Shown: positions 16,607 through 26,993 of the stretch, piece by piece
How the letters are laid out: each line of letters begins with the position of its first letter
Numbering within the stretch: position 1 is the first letter of the stretch
NCBI GenBank assembly: GCA_045863235.1
Contig: BTUM01000038.1
Span: forward strand, 1-64,000
Origin: Candidatus Xenobia bacterium
Lineage (GTDB): Bacteria > Vulcanimicrobiota > Xenobia > Xenobiales > QWHO01
Reading direction: 5' to 3'
Length of the DNA stretch: 64,000 nt
Notes under the pieces: model-generated
What the model was told of the DNA's origin: nothing
Database searches by the model: none
The model's input: the letters and a program-made list of their open reading frames with translations, nothing else
Position numbers and translations under genes: made by a program

Positions 16607-17362
16607 ATGGAGTACACCGGCCGTCCCGATCTCTACGACCTGCGCCACTTCGCCGAATTGATGCCGGGCGAGTTCGACTTTTTCGAGCGGCTCGCCACCC
16701 AGGGCACCGGCCCGGTGGTGGAGCTGGGCTTCGGGAGCGGCCGCGTCGGCCTGGAGCTGGCCCGCTGCGGCCACGAGGTCATCGGGGTGGATCGCTCCGA
16801 GGCCATGCTCGAGCAGGCCCGCGAGCGCCTGAAGGGGGAGCGGCCCGAGACCAGGGAGCGGGTGCGGCTGGTCCAGGCCTCCATGACCGATTTCGAGCTG
16901 GACTTCAAGAGCCATCTGATCTACGTGCCCTTCAGCGCGTTTCTCCACCTCAGGACGCAGGCCGAGCAGAGGGCCTGTCTGCGCCAGGTGCGCAAGCATC
17001 TCAAGGGCTTCTTTGCGGGCAGCTTCTTTCGTCCCGACCCCGCCCGGCTTGCCAGGACGCCCTATGAGCACGTCGACTTCGTGCGCACCGCCCAGACCGG
17101 CCAGCGGGTGGTGCAGTCGAGCTACACCCTCGAGTGCGACCTGCATGAGCAGACCCGCACGGTCTTGATGCGCACCGAGGTCTTCTCACCCGAGGGCGAT
17201 CTGCTCGAGAACGTGCTCCACGACTGCGAGATCGCCTGGATCTACGGGCGCGAGTGGCGCCTGCTGCTCGAGCTCGAAGGCTTCAAGCTCGAGCTGCTGG
17301 AGGGGGGCTTTCAGGGTGAGCCGGTGGCCGACAGCTGGACCTACGTCTGGGTCGCCTCGTAA
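16607..17362 (+). CDS. Class I SAM-dependent methyltransferase
   Basis: VVELGFGSGRV motif I, GVDRSEAML, QASMTDF. Confidence 0.88.
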   Translation: MEYTGRPDLYDLRHFAELMPGEFDFFERLATQGTGPVVELGFGSGRVGLELARCGHEVIGVDRSEAMLEQARERLKGERPETRERVRLVQASMTDFELDFKSHLIYVPFSAFLHLRTQAEQRACLRQVRKHLKGFFAGSFFRPDPARLARTPYEHVDFVRTAQTGQRVVQSSYTLECDLHEQTRTVLMRTEVFSPEGDLLENVLHDCEIAWIYGREWRLLLELEGFKLELLEGGFQGEPVADSWTYVWVAS

Positions 17363-17413
17363 GTTCACACCCTCGAAACAAGCTCGACCCCCCGCCCGGC
17401 TAGATTAGGGGTT

Positions 17414-18988
17414 ATGAGCGAGCAGGAATCCTCCAACAACCAACTTGACGTCAAGCAACTCGGCCTGGTGGCCGCCATCATCAGCCTGGGCTATGTGTTC
17501 TGGGTGGTGGGCGCGATGGAGATGGTGGAGCGGCTCGCCTTCTACGGGGTGCGCTCGGTGGCCACCCTCTACGGCAAGGACCCGGTCTCGAGAGGGGGAT
17601 TGGGGATCACGCCCTCGGAGATGGGCACCATCTTCTTCTGGTGGATGCTCTTCCAGAGCTGGGTGCCTATCTTCACCGGCGGCCTGGCCGACCGGTACGG
17701 CTACAAGCAGGCCATCGCCCTCTCGACGGTCCTCAAGATCGTGGGCTACCTGATCATGGCCGCTTTTTCGACCTACTGGGGATTTTTCGCGGGTGCCATC
17801 TTCCTGGCTATGGGCACGGCCATCTTCAAGCCCGGTATTCAGGGCACGCTGGTCAAGTGCACGAATCGGCAAAATAGCTCCATGGCCTGGGGTATCTTCT
17901 ATCAGACGGTGAACATCGGGGCTTTCATCGGGCCCCTGCTGGCCGGTTACATGCGCAAGATGGAGTGGCGCTACGTGTTTCTGGCCTGCGCCGGCATCAT
18001 CTGTCTCAACTTTTTGCTGCTTTTGACCTACCGCGAGCCGGGCATCGAAGAGCGCAAGAAGCGCCAGGCCGATCGCGAGGCCAGCGGCGTCAAGCAGCGC
18101 CCGATGCTGGAAGAGACCCTGATCGAGTTGACCAAGCCCCACCTGGCCCTGTTCGTGGGCATCTTCGCGGGCTTCTACTTCATGTTCTATAGCCTCTTCG
18201 ACGTGCTGCCCAACTACATCGACGATTGGGTCAACACTTCCGACATCGTGCAGAGCGCCGGCAGCCTGGTCCACCAGCCCGGCTCGAGCGAGGCTCCCAC
18301 CCTGCTCCAGAAGATCGTGGGCTTTGTGATGGTGCTCGACAAGACCGGCACCCGCATTCAGGCCGAGGGCCTGATGAACGTCAACGCCGGAATGATCATG
18401 CTGACCTGTTTCCTGTTCGGCTACTTTTCCTCGCGGGTGCGCATCACGACCAGCATCTGGATCGGCACCGCCATGGCCACCATGGGTCTGTTCATCTGCG
18501 GCTATTCGACCATGGGCTGGACCTGTTTCTTCGGCATCATCTGCTTCTCGATGGGCGAGATGCTCTCGTCACCCAAGTTCGGCGAGTTCGTAGGCAACCT
18601 GGCCCCCGAGGACAAGAAGGGCACCTACCTCGGCCTGTGCCAGCTCGCGCCCGGCATCGGAGCCACCATCGAGGGCAAGCTGGGCCTCTACCTCTACGGG
18701 ATCTACGCCTCCAAGGAGAGGTTCTCGCGCGAGCTGCTGGCCGACAAGGGGATGTCCGCCGACACGATCACGGCCATCCCCGAGGGGGAGGCCTTCGACA
18801 AGCTGGTGCAGTTTCTCGGCCAGACTCCCGAGCAGGTGACCGCTCTGTTGTGGGACATCCACAGCCCCGAGAAGCTGTGGTGGATCATGGGCTCGGTGGG
18901 CATCCTGACCACGGTGGGGCTGGTCTGGTACGGCAGCTGGGTCTACCGATATCTGGCCCGCCGCCGAGCCAGCGGCATCGAGGACTGA
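17414..18988 (+). CDS. MFS transporter, POT/PTR peptide transporter-like
   Basis: EMVERLAFYG (ExxERxxxY), GGLADRYG, IFKP, FYQTVNIGAFIGP; many TM helices. Confidence 0.88.
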   Translation: MSEQESSNNQLDVKQLGLVAAIISLGYVFWVVGAMEMVERLAFYGVRSVATLYGKDPVSRGGLGITPSEMGTIFFWWMLFQSWVPIFTGGLADRYGYKQAIALSTVLKIVGYLIMAAFSTYWGFFAGAIFLAMGTAIFKPGIQGTLVKCTNRQNSSMAWGIFYQTVNIGAFIGPLLAGYMRKMEWRYVFLACAGIICLNFLLLLTYREPGIEERKKRQADREASGVKQRPMLEETLIELTKPHLALFVGIFAGFYFMFYSLFDVLPNYIDDWVNTSDIVQSAGSLVHQPGSSEAPTLLQKIVGFVMVLDKTGTRIQAEGLMNVNAGMIMLTCFLFGYFSSRVRITTSIWIGTAMATMGLFICGYSTMGWTCFFGIICFSMGEMLSSPKFGEFVGNLAPEDKKGTYLGLCQLAPGIGATIEGKLGLYLYGIYASKERFSRELLADKGMSADTITAIPEGEAFDKLVQFLGQTPEQVTALLWDIHSPEKLWWIMGSVGILTTVGLVWYGSWVYRYLARRRASGIED

Positions 18989-19060
18989 CCCGACAGGGGG
19001 AACCCTTTCCATCCAGAACCGGTCTTGAGCTGGGGGCCAAGCCCCGGAGAGGACCGATTC

Positions 19061-22000
19061 ATGCAATCCATTCGAGCCCTTCTCTTGGCCGTGGTGGCCC
19101 TTTGCCTGGTGGGCTGCAGCAGCGCCACCGCCCCGGTCAGCACCGGCCAGCCCGGCCCGGCGGTCCCCCAACCGGATGCGCCCTCGGCCGCCCTGGGAGC
19201 GCTGGTCTTCGCTTCCGGCGGCAACCTGGTGCGCACCGACCGACTGGGCCAGAATCCGGTCCAGCTGACCTCGACGTTCCACGATAGCGACCCCTACTTC
19301 CATCCCCACGGCCTCAACCTGGTTTTCTGCCGCCGACCGCTGGCGGGCGGGAAGCAGGACATCTTCCTCATCTCTCCGGACGGCTCCAATGCCGTCGATC
19401 TGACCCGGAATTTCCCCCACGACGCTTTTGCCCCCATCTATTCCTCCGACGGCAGCTTCATCGCTTTCTCGGCCCGAGTTTCCCCGCAGGACGCCGATCT
19501 CTACGTCATGAACGCGGACGGAGGCAACCTGCGCCTGCTGACCCGTGGAGCCGAGGTGGACATCCGCCCGGCCATCTCCCCCGACGGCAAGTCGGTGGTC
19601 TTCGAGCGCGAGACCTCCCCGGGGAAGTCCAGGCTCTGCAAGATCAGCCTGCAGGACGGTCAGGTGCAGGATCTGACCAGCGGCCTCTTCGACGACAGCC
19701 ATCCCTCCTTCGTGCCGCCCGACAATGCGGTGGTGTTCACCCGCGACGGCACCATCATGCTGATGAGGGACACCGGCCGGCCCGACCAGCTCTCCCTGCT
19801 CACCCCCGCCAGCCAGGCCGGCTTTCTGCGCCCCTCCTTCGGTCAGGATGTGATGTTCTTCCAGGCCGCCCCGGGGCTGAACGCTCGCGAGAAGAAGCGA
19901 GATGGGGGAGGGGAGATCTTCCGCATGGAGCTGGATGGATCGCCCACCATGCAGTTGACGCAGGGGGCTCAGGCCCAGGGACTGGCGGTGGGTCCCTCGG
20001 CGCCGGTCGGACCGGCTCCCGATCAGGTCACGGTGGAGGTGGTCAACGACAGCGGACTGGACGATTCGCAAGTCTTCCTCCTCTTGGAAACCCCCGACCC
20101 GCTGCATAAGGACGGGGTGCCGGATCAGAGCGTGCAGGGGCCGCCCACGCTCTTGACCTCGTCGGGGGCAGCCGGCTCGAGCGCCACGGCCGAGGCCCTG
20201 GCGGGGCTGACTCCCACCGGGCAGAGCCTGCGCTCTCCCTATACTGGAAGGCTCCTGCCGGTTTACTCCTTCAAGGTGAACAACCTGACCTCGGGGCGCT
20301 TCCTCTTTTCTTACAACACGCCGGTGAAAATCACCAAAGGGGCAGCCCCCACGGCCGCCGAGCAGTACCGCTACGACAAGCTCGAGCTGACCTACGAGGG
20401 CGGCAAGGGGGTAGGCGGGGGCAACCTGACCGCCATCGACTTCTTCGGCATCCCGGCCCAGGTGGAGGTGATCCACTGGGGCCAGAGCGTGATCGACCCG
20501 CTGCAGACCAAGGGCTACTATGCTTCCACGCCCACGCTGCTCAATGAGATCAGCAAGCTGGGGAGCATGAAGCCTGCCGTGCAAGATGTGAGCGGCAACA
20601 CCGGCACCATCGACCCCGCCAACCCCGACCCCAGCGCCTTCCCGCCCAACGCGGGCCCGACCAGCTTCGCTCGGCTGCTTTCCCCGGGGGGGCTGGCGGG
20701 CGCCAAAAAGGGGGTGACGGCACCCTATCCCGGTTTTGACGCCTACCTCAAGTCGCTGGTGGGCCAGACCTTCAACCTGAACGGGGGTCAGTTCGGGGGC
20801 TACCGTTACCAGGCCACGGTGGCCTCAGACGGAGCCGGTGGCTATGTGATCAACTGCTCGGGCACGACCACGGATTCCACCCAGTTCGACTCCCGGCTAC
20901 CTCAGAACGCCGATGTCACCGTCAAGCTGCCCGCGAACGGCACCTCGGCCAAGGGCGATCCCATCGGGATGGACTTTTTCATCTACGCCACCGTGGCCAA
21001 CAAGGACTCTTACAGCGTGGCGGGCTTCCCCTTCGTGGACGATGCCCCGCCCGGCACGCTCAAGGCTCAGGACAAGGTGAACCTGGCCAACGCCAGTCCC
21101 TACGGGGCATTGCTCGGAGACCTGCAGGCAGCGCTGAACTTTGGCTATCCGGGGGGCAAATTTGGCTTCCGGGATGCCAACGGGGTCGTGGATCTCGACA
21201 GCCTCTACAACTCCACCGTGCTGCCTTATCCTTATCCCTTCGGGGGAGCCCGCACCGTCAACGACGGCTACTACAACGCCTATGCGGGGATCTTCTACTA
21301 CCTCTCGGACGCCTACGGCCACCCTTACAGCGACCGCCTGGCGGCGGCCAGTCCCCTCTACTCGCTGCGTAAGGGCGATACGGTGCGCATCACCCTGCTC
21401 AACGACAATCGCCTGGATGCGCCCCTGGTGAGCGTGACCGGCCAGACCGACGATTCTCTGACCCTCTCCTGGCCAGCCATCGAGGGAGCCACGGGGTATG
21501 AGGTCAGTGCTTTCCCGGCCGTTCAGGCCCCCACCCTGAGCAACTCCGACCCGGTCACCTGCACCCTTTCGGGTTTGCAGCCCGGAACGCCTTATCTGAT
21601 CGAGGTTTCGGCCGTGGCAGGTGAGCGCGAGTCGGCCGTCCTGCCGGTGCAGGGAGTCACCAGCGGAACCCGCGACCCGCTCAACCAGGAGGGGATCAAG
21701 TTCCAGGTCGGCTTCGGCGCTCCGGACTTCAGGAACTCTCCCGAGGCGGGCGGTTTGAAGCGACTGGAATACCGCGTCAACGGCACGCTGGTGGACGCCT
21801 ATTTGCCCCCTCCCGGCCAGCCCTTGAAGACGGCCTTCATCAACGGGGCTCTGGGGCCCAACCTCTTCGGCGTGGAGGTCAAGGATCCGGCCACGGGCGA
21901 GCTGGTCTACCAGGGCAACTACGTGGTGACGGCGGTCAAGAACGACGATACCCACTTCGACCTCGACACCCGCGATCCGGACACGCCCGAGAATCCCAAC

Positions 22001-22171
22001 CCGAGCGGCAACTGCAGCGGAAACACCTTCCTGCAGTACAACCTGACGCCACTGACGGCGCAGCCGAAGCCACCCTACCCGAATGTGAATCCGCCCTACG
22101 TGATGGTCATCGGAACGCCGTTCAACCCCAAACCGTTCTACCGGCCCTTCCCGGTAGTGGCGCCCCGCTGA
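19061..22171 (+). CDS. Lipoprotein: TolB-like (PD40) propeller, GH64-like beta-1,3-glucanase domain, FN3 domain
   Basis: Lipobox LVGC; PD40 repeats (PIYSSDG, PAISPDGK); YDKLELTY..GNLTAIDFFGIP and YYNAYA...AYGHPYSD (GH64/thaumatin-like); LSW..GATGYEV..LSGLQPGTPYLIEV (FN3). Confidence 0.65.
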   Translation: MQSIRALLLAVVALCLVGCSSATAPVSTGQPGPAVPQPDAPSAALGALVFASGGNLVRTDRLGQNPVQLTSTFHDSDPYFHPHGLNLVFCRRPLAGGKQDIFLISPDGSNAVDLTRNFPHDAFAPIYSSDGSFIAFSARVSPQDADLYVMNADGGNLRLLTRGAEVDIRPAISPDGKSVVFERETSPGKSRLCKISLQDGQVQDLTSGLFDDSHPSFVPPDNAVVFTRDGTIMLMRDTGRPDQLSLLTPASQAGFLRPSFGQDVMFFQAAPGLNAREKKRDGGGEIFRMELDGSPTMQLTQGAQAQGLAVGPSAPVGPAPDQVTVEVVNDSGLDDSQVFLLLETPDPLHKDGVPDQSVQGPPTLLTSSGAAGSSATAEALAGLTPTGQSLRSPYTGRLLPVYSFKVNNLTSGRFLFSYNTPVKITKGAAPTAAEQYRYDKLELTYEGGKGVGGGNLTAIDFFGIPAQVEVIHWGQSVIDPLQTKGYYASTPTLLNEISKLGSMKPAVQDVSGNTGTIDPANPDPSAFPPNAGPTSFARLLSPGGLAGAKKGVTAPYPGFDAYLKSLVGQTFNLNGGQFGGYRYQATVASDGAGGYVINCSGTTTDSTQFDSRLPQNADVTVKLPANGTSAKGDPIGMDFFIYATVANKDSYSVAGFPFVDDAPPGTLKAQDKVNLANASPYGALLGDLQAALNFGYPGGKFGFRDANGVVDLDSLYNSTVLPYPYPFGGARTVNDGYYNAYAGIFYYLSDAYGHPYSDRLAAASPLYSLRKGDTVRITLLNDNRLDAPLVSVTGQTDDSLTLSWPAIEGATGYEVSAFPAVQAPTLSNSDPVTCTLSGLQPGTPYLIEVSAVAGERESAVLPVQGVTSGTRDPLNQEGIKFQVGFGAPDFRNSPEAGGLKRLEYRVNGTLVDAYLPPPGQPLKTAFINGALGPNLFGVEVKDPATGELVYQGNYVVTAVKNDDTHFDLDTRDPDTPENPNPSGNCSGNTFLQYNLTPLTAQPKPPYPNVNPPYVMVIGTPFNPKPFYRPFPVVAPR

Positions 22172-22175
22172 GCCC

Positions 22176-23027
22176 TCAGCGCAACTCCTGGCGGTCGAGC
22201 CGGCTGGCGGGCGGATCCATCCGCGGCCCGAAGCGAGGGGCGTCGGCGCCCGCCGACAAGAGCATGCGCAGCACCCGAAAGCGCTGGCCCCGGTAGGGCT
22301 CGAGCAGCTCGAGCATGCGCTGATCGTCGGCCCGGGGCTCCCTGGCCAGGTTCCAGGCCACCAGGTTGGGCAACCCGAAGTCGCCCGTGGGCACGGCGTC
22401 AGGGTCGGCCAGGGCCAGGCCGGCCGTCCACTCGGCCGTCCACGGCCCGCACCCGACCAGCGAGCGCACCGCCCTGCGCAGGGCCTCCGGCTCGCGCAGG
22501 CGGTCGAGGCGGGACCAGGTCAGCCCCACCTCGCACAGGGCCCGACCTCGCTGCGGGTCCACCTCGGCCCAGCCCAGCTCGCCCGCGGTCAGGCGGCGCA
22601 TGCGTTTGGGGGAGAGCACCTTGAGGCCCAGCGGGGCCTCCTCGCCGAAGCGCTCGAGCAGCCTTCGGTGCGAGCGGGCCGCGTCGGTGTAAGCCACCCG
22701 CTGCTCCAGGATGCGCCGGTAGACGACCTCGTGCACGAAGGGCCAGCGTGCGAGCCGCACCGGCGCCCAGGGCAGCTCGAGCGCCGGGGGGTCGTCGGTC
22801 AGGCCAAGAATGTCGGCCAGTTGCTCGGTCGGAAAGGGCCCGTGGGTCCGTCCCACCAGCCGATCACGATGTAGCTCGACCGACACCGCGGCCGGGCCCT
22901 GCTCGGTCCAGACCGCCTTCTGCCACCAGCCTGGACCGCGACGAACGTTCGGGTCGTGCCCGCCCAGGTGGTGGAAGGCCAGCGTGGCGGCCAGATCGTA
23001 GCCGGGCGGGAGGGGCAGCTCGATCAT
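22176..23027 (-). CDS. DNA-3-methyladenine glycosylase, AlkA/HhH-GPD family
   Basis: ILEQRV, LVGCGPWTAEW (HhH), DAVPTGD, LLEPYRGQRFR. Confidence 0.8.
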   Translation of the reverse strand: MIELPLPPGYDLAATLAFHHLGGHDPNVRRGPGWWQKAVWTEQGPAAVSVELHRDRLVGRTHGPFPTEQLADILGLTDDPPALELPWAPVRLARWPFVHEVVYRRILEQRVAYTDAARSHRRLLERFGEEAPLGLKVLSPKRMRRLTAGELGWAEVDPQRGRALCEVGLTWSRLDRLREPEALRRAVRSLVGCGPWTAEWTAGLALADPDAVPTGDFGLPNLVAWNLAREPRADDQRMLELLEPYRGQRFRVLRMLLSAGADAPRFGPRMDPPASRLDRQELR

Positions 23028-25126
23028 CCCTCCACCTCGATGAGGAAGTAGTCCTGGACGCTCAGGTCGGCCTCGTCCATCAGGCTGAGGGCGTGGCGCA
23101 GCCGGAAGCGGGCCAGGGCGGCCAGGAAGGCCCAGGCCGGGCTGTCGGTCTGCTCGGCCAGCTGCTCGAGCTCGTCCAGGGCTTCGCTTGAGAGGCCATG
23201 CACCGAGGTGCAGGGAGGCACGGCGAAGACGTGGGTCTGACGGCCGGCCACCCCCACCGCCAACAGCATGCCGTCAGGGGAGAAGTCCAGCTCGGTGATC
23301 GGTCCGGGGAGGGCCAGCACGCCGGCGCGCGTCCCCCGGTGGGTGTCGATCAGCTCCAGGACGCGGCTGCGAGCCCGGGCCAGCCGAAAGCCATCGGGGG
23401 CAAAGCGAACCGGGCGCGAGTGAGCCGCGTCAAAGCGCGACACCACCTGCCCGGTGGCGATCTCGCGCGCCTCCAGGTGAGTCAAACCAGCTGTGAGCAC
23501 CGTGCCGCCGGGTCCGAGCACGGCATCGTGCACGGGCTCCTCCGACTGCACCTGGCCTCGCAGAGCCCCGGTCTGGCGGTCGAGCACTCGCAGTTGGCGG
23601 CTGTCGTCGAACAAGAGCAGCGCCTCGCCGCGGCCGGGACGGACTTTGAGCCGCCCCGAGCAGGTGGCCTGGATGGTCCACAGCACTTCGGGCGGATCCA
23701 CCCGCACCAGCTGCTGGTGCTCCAGCCCGGCGCACAGGAGCTGGTCGCATCCCAGCCAGAAGAGCCGCCACTTGCGGCTGGGGCGCAGGGTGAGCTCGTG
23801 GTCGCGCGAGGCCGAGCCGCGCGCGGTGTTCAGCAGCTTCAAGTTGGACTCGCCTTCCAGCACGGCCAGGAGGCGGCCGTCGGGCGAAAAGGCGATGGTG
23901 GCCGGTTGGCTCACGACCGGGCGCGAGAGCAGAACGGGGTTGCCAGGCCGGCGAGCCAGCAGGCGCGTGGCGTACTGGGTCTTGCCAAAGCCGTAGGGGA
24001 GCTCCATGCCCTCCACCACGGCCAGACGGTCGCCGGCCGGGGAGAGGCGCCAGTTGCGTCCCTGAAAGCCGACCGGCATCTCCAGGAGGTGCACCTCCTT
24101 GAGGTCCACCCGGCAGAGCTTCGGGCCACCGAGCAAGAGCTCGCGCGGGGTGAGCCAGGTGAGGGGGGCGCCCTCGCTCCGCACCAGCTCTTCGGGGGTG
24201 AGCACCAGGTTGGGAGGGAGGCGTTCGAGCAGGAGCTGGAGGCTGGAGCGGTCCTCTTCCTGCGCGGGCAGAAAGTCCTGCTGGCGCAGAAAGTCGAGCA
24301 CCTGGGCGGCCCAGAGCGGGGGGAGCCTGCTTACCAGGGCCCACAGCTCGGCCAGTCTGCCCGACGAGCGCAGCAGCTCGAAGTGGGTCTCCCACTCCGA
24401 CAGGGACAGGTCCTGGCCCTCCAGCCGGCTGCCGGAGGTGAAGCGCACCGCCAGCTCGGCCTTGCCCAGGCGACGCAGCGAGGCCAGCATGCGCGCGCGC
24501 AGGCCGGCTCCGGCGCTCTCGTAGGCTTGCTTGAGGTAGGCGCCGTCGAAATCGAGTGCCTCCAGCTTTTCGGTCTGCTCGGTCAGGAGCAGGAAGGTCG
24601 AGCGCAGCGTGGGGTCCTCGGGCAAGAGCCCGGTGCCGAGGAGGGCCTGCTCGAGCGGGGCGGGCAACTGCTGCACCAGGAGCTGGCGAAAGAAGGCTTC
24701 CCGCCAGGGCAGAGGCAGCTGCCGGTCCACCCAGGCGCTCAGCTCCTCGGCCAGGGCTGGAAGATAGGGCAGATAGGAATCTGGAAGGTCCTGCAGCAGG
24801 CTCCGTTCACCCACCAGGAGGGCTGTGCGCAGGCGCAGCTCGGGAGGAGAGGCAGCCAGGTAGCGCCAGCGCCGGAGCAGCTCGGCGAGCTCGGGATGGC
24901 CGCCGGTGGCCCAGAGACGGGCCACCTCCAGGCGCGCTCGCGGGTCGGCCAGCATGCTCATTGCGTGAAACAGCTCGGGATCGGGGCTCTCGCAATACAG
25001 CCGCACCAGCCGGGCCACCGAGAAGGCGCTGCCCTGGGAGGCCTGCTCGCACACGGGGCGCAGCTTCTCATGGCGATCCTCGCGCTCGCGCCGTTGCTGC
25101 CAAAGACCCATGAGCCACTTGAGCAT
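23024..25126 (-). CDS. Helical N-terminal region plus WD40-like beta-propeller protein
   Basis: Repeated AFSPDGRLLA / FAPDG / DFSPDGMLLA blades in the C-terminal half. Confidence 0.7.
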   Translation of the reverse strand: MLKWLMGLWQQRREREDRHEKLRPVCEQASQGSAFSVARLVRLYCESPDPELFHAMSMLADPRARLEVARLWATGGHPELAELLRRWRYLAASPPELRLRTALLVGERSLLQDLPDSYLPYLPALAEELSAWVDRQLPLPWREAFFRQLLVQQLPAPLEQALLGTGLLPEDPTLRSTFLLLTEQTEKLEALDFDGAYLKQAYESAGAGLRARMLASLRRLGKAELAVRFTSGSRLEGQDLSLSEWETHFELLRSSGRLAELWALVSRLPPLWAAQVLDFLRQQDFLPAQEEDRSSLQLLLERLPPNLVLTPEELVRSEGAPLTWLTPRELLLGGPKLCRVDLKEVHLLEMPVGFQGRNWRLSPAGDRLAVVEGMELPYGFGKTQYATRLLARRPGNPVLLSRPVVSQPATIAFSPDGRLLAVLEGESNLKLLNTARGSASRDHELTLRPSRKWRLFWLGCDQLLCAGLEHQQLVRVDPPEVLWTIQATCSGRLKVRPGRGEALLLFDDSRQLRVLDRQTGALRGQVQSEEPVHDAVLGPGGTVLTAGLTHLEAREIATGQVVSRFDAAHSRPVRFAPDGFRLARARSRVLELIDTHRGTRAGVLALPGPITELDFSPDGMLLAVGVAGRQTHVFAVPPCTSVHGLSSEALDELEQLAEQTDSPAWAFLAALARFRLRHALSLMDEADLSVQDYFLIEVEG

Positions 25127-25223
25127 CGAGCAAGCATTCTCGGGCAGCCGGGCGGGCCCTGTAGAGGAGTGCAGCGACCCGAGTGGAACTTGCCGCCAAC
25201 TTTACTCCGATGGGGGTGCCACT

Positions 25224-26951
25224 GTGGCCGATGAACGCTGGGAACACCGCTGGGGCTTCAAAGACTCTGCTTTCGTCTTGAATGCGGACAAGAAGACCGT
25301 CAGCATGACGGGAGGGCGCTATCCGCTGTGCGGGTTCAAGATGCCCTACTTCCTGCCGTTCGTCGAGGAGATGCTGCAGATCAAGCTCGACTTCAGCCAG
25401 CCGCGCCGCGAGTCTCCCAAGAAGGTGCCCCCGCCTCAGGTCAACAGCGAGTTTCTGAGCGAGATCGACCGCCGATTCCCCGATCAGTACTGCCTGGAGG
25501 ACCGTGACCGGCTCGTGCACAGCCACGGCCAGACCACGGCCGACGAGGTGGGCAAGGTCATTTACGGCCAGCTCGATCGCATCGCCGACATGGTCTTCCG
25601 GCCGCGTTCCACCGAGGACTGCATCAAGCTCGTGGAGTTGGCCGCCAAGCACGATGTCTGCCTGGTGCCCTACGGGGGCGGAACCAGCGTCAGCTGCGCG
25701 CTGCGCCTGCCCGAGAACGAGCATCGGATGATCGTCTCGGTGGACACCCGCTCGATGAACCGGGTGGAGTGGATCGAAAAGAGCAACCGGCGCGCCTCGG
25801 TGCAGGCTGGCATCACCGGGCTGCAGCTGGAGGAGGCGCTCAAGGCCGAGGGCTTCACCTCGGGCCACGAGCCCGACTCGATGGAGCTGTCCACGCTGGG
25901 TGGCTGGATCGCCACCAATGCGAGCGGCATGAAAAAGAATCGCTACGGCAACATCGAGGACCTGGTGGAGAGCTTCACCATGGTCACTCCCAGTGGCGTG
26001 GTGGAGCAGGAGTGCCCGGTGCCCCGCATGGCTCCCGGTATGCAGATCCAGAAGGCACTGTTTGGCTGCGAGGGAACGCTTGGCCTGATCACCTCGGCTG
26101 TGATCCGCATCCATCCCCTGCCCGAGGTCAAGAAGTACGGCTCCATCGTGTTCCCCGAGTTCGACCGGGGCATCGATTTTCTCTACGAGCTGTCTCAAAG
26201 CCGCGATCTGCCCGCCAGCGTGCGACTGGTGGACAACGTGCAGTTCCGCTTCGGGCAGGCCCTGAAACCTCGCCCTTCCGGCCTCAAAGCCATTTTCGAG
26301 GCCATTCAGAAGTTCGTGGTGCTCAAGATCAAGAAGTTCGACCCCCACAAGATGTGCGCCGCCACCTTTGTCTACGAGGGCAGCCCCGACGAGGTGAAAG
26401 CGCAAGAGCAGAGAGTGGCTCGCCTGGCTCCCAAGCACGGGGGATTGCTGGCCGGGGCCACCAACGGCCGGCGTGGCTACATGCTCACCTTTGCCATCGC
26501 TTACATCCGAGATTTCCTGGCCGACTACCACGTCATCGGGGAGACCTACGAGACCACCGTGCCCTGGACGCGCATCCGCGAGGTGTGCCAGGCGGTCGAG
26601 CGCACGGGCCTGGAGCTGCACAAGGAGTTCAACCTGCCCGGGCGGCCTTACATCTCGCCCCGCATCACCCAGATCTACCACACCGGGGTGTGCATCTACT
26701 TTACCCACGGGGCCTCGTTCAAGGACGTGAAAGACCCCGAGCACACCTTCGCGGTGATGGAGAAGCGCTTGCGCCAGGCCATCCTGGATGCGGGAGGCTC
26801 CATCTCCCACCACCACGGGGTCGGCAAGCTGCGCAAGGACTTCCTGCCGCGCGTTTTCTCGCCGGTGAGCGTGGGTACCATGCGCGAGATCAAGCAACAG
26901 CTCGATCCGCAGAATATCTTCGGCATCCGCAACAACGTGCTGGCCGAGTAG
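25224..26951 (+). CDS. FAD-linked oxidoreductase, alkyl-dihydroxyacetone-phosphate synthase-like
   Basis: WGFKDS, HSHGQT, PYGGGTSVS, GHEPDSMELSTLGGWIATNASGMKKNRYGNIED, GCEGTLG, C-terminal SHHHGVGK. Confidence 0.85.
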   Translation: MADERWEHRWGFKDSAFVLNADKKTVSMTGGRYPLCGFKMPYFLPFVEEMLQIKLDFSQPRRESPKKVPPPQVNSEFLSEIDRRFPDQYCLEDRDRLVHSHGQTTADEVGKVIYGQLDRIADMVFRPRSTEDCIKLVELAAKHDVCLVPYGGGTSVSCALRLPENEHRMIVSVDTRSMNRVEWIEKSNRRASVQAGITGLQLEEALKAEGFTSGHEPDSMELSTLGGWIATNASGMKKNRYGNIEDLVESFTMVTPSGVVEQECPVPRMAPGMQIQKALFGCEGTLGLITSAVIRIHPLPEVKKYGSIVFPEFDRGIDFLYELSQSRDLPASVRLVDNVQFRFGQALKPRPSGLKAIFEAIQKFVVLKIKKFDPHKMCAATFVYEGSPDEVKAQEQRVARLAPKHGGLLAGATNGRRGYMLTFAIAYIRDFLADYHVIGETYETTVPWTRIREVCQAVERTGLELHKEFNLPGRPYISPRITQIYHTGVCIYFTHGASFKDVKDPEHTFAVMEKRLRQAILDAGGSISHHHGVGKLRKDFLPRVFSPVSVGTMREIKQQLDPQNIFGIRNNVLAE

Positions 26952-26993
26952 TTCAGCGCTCTTTCAGCCAACCCGGCTATGCTCGCTGGAGCT

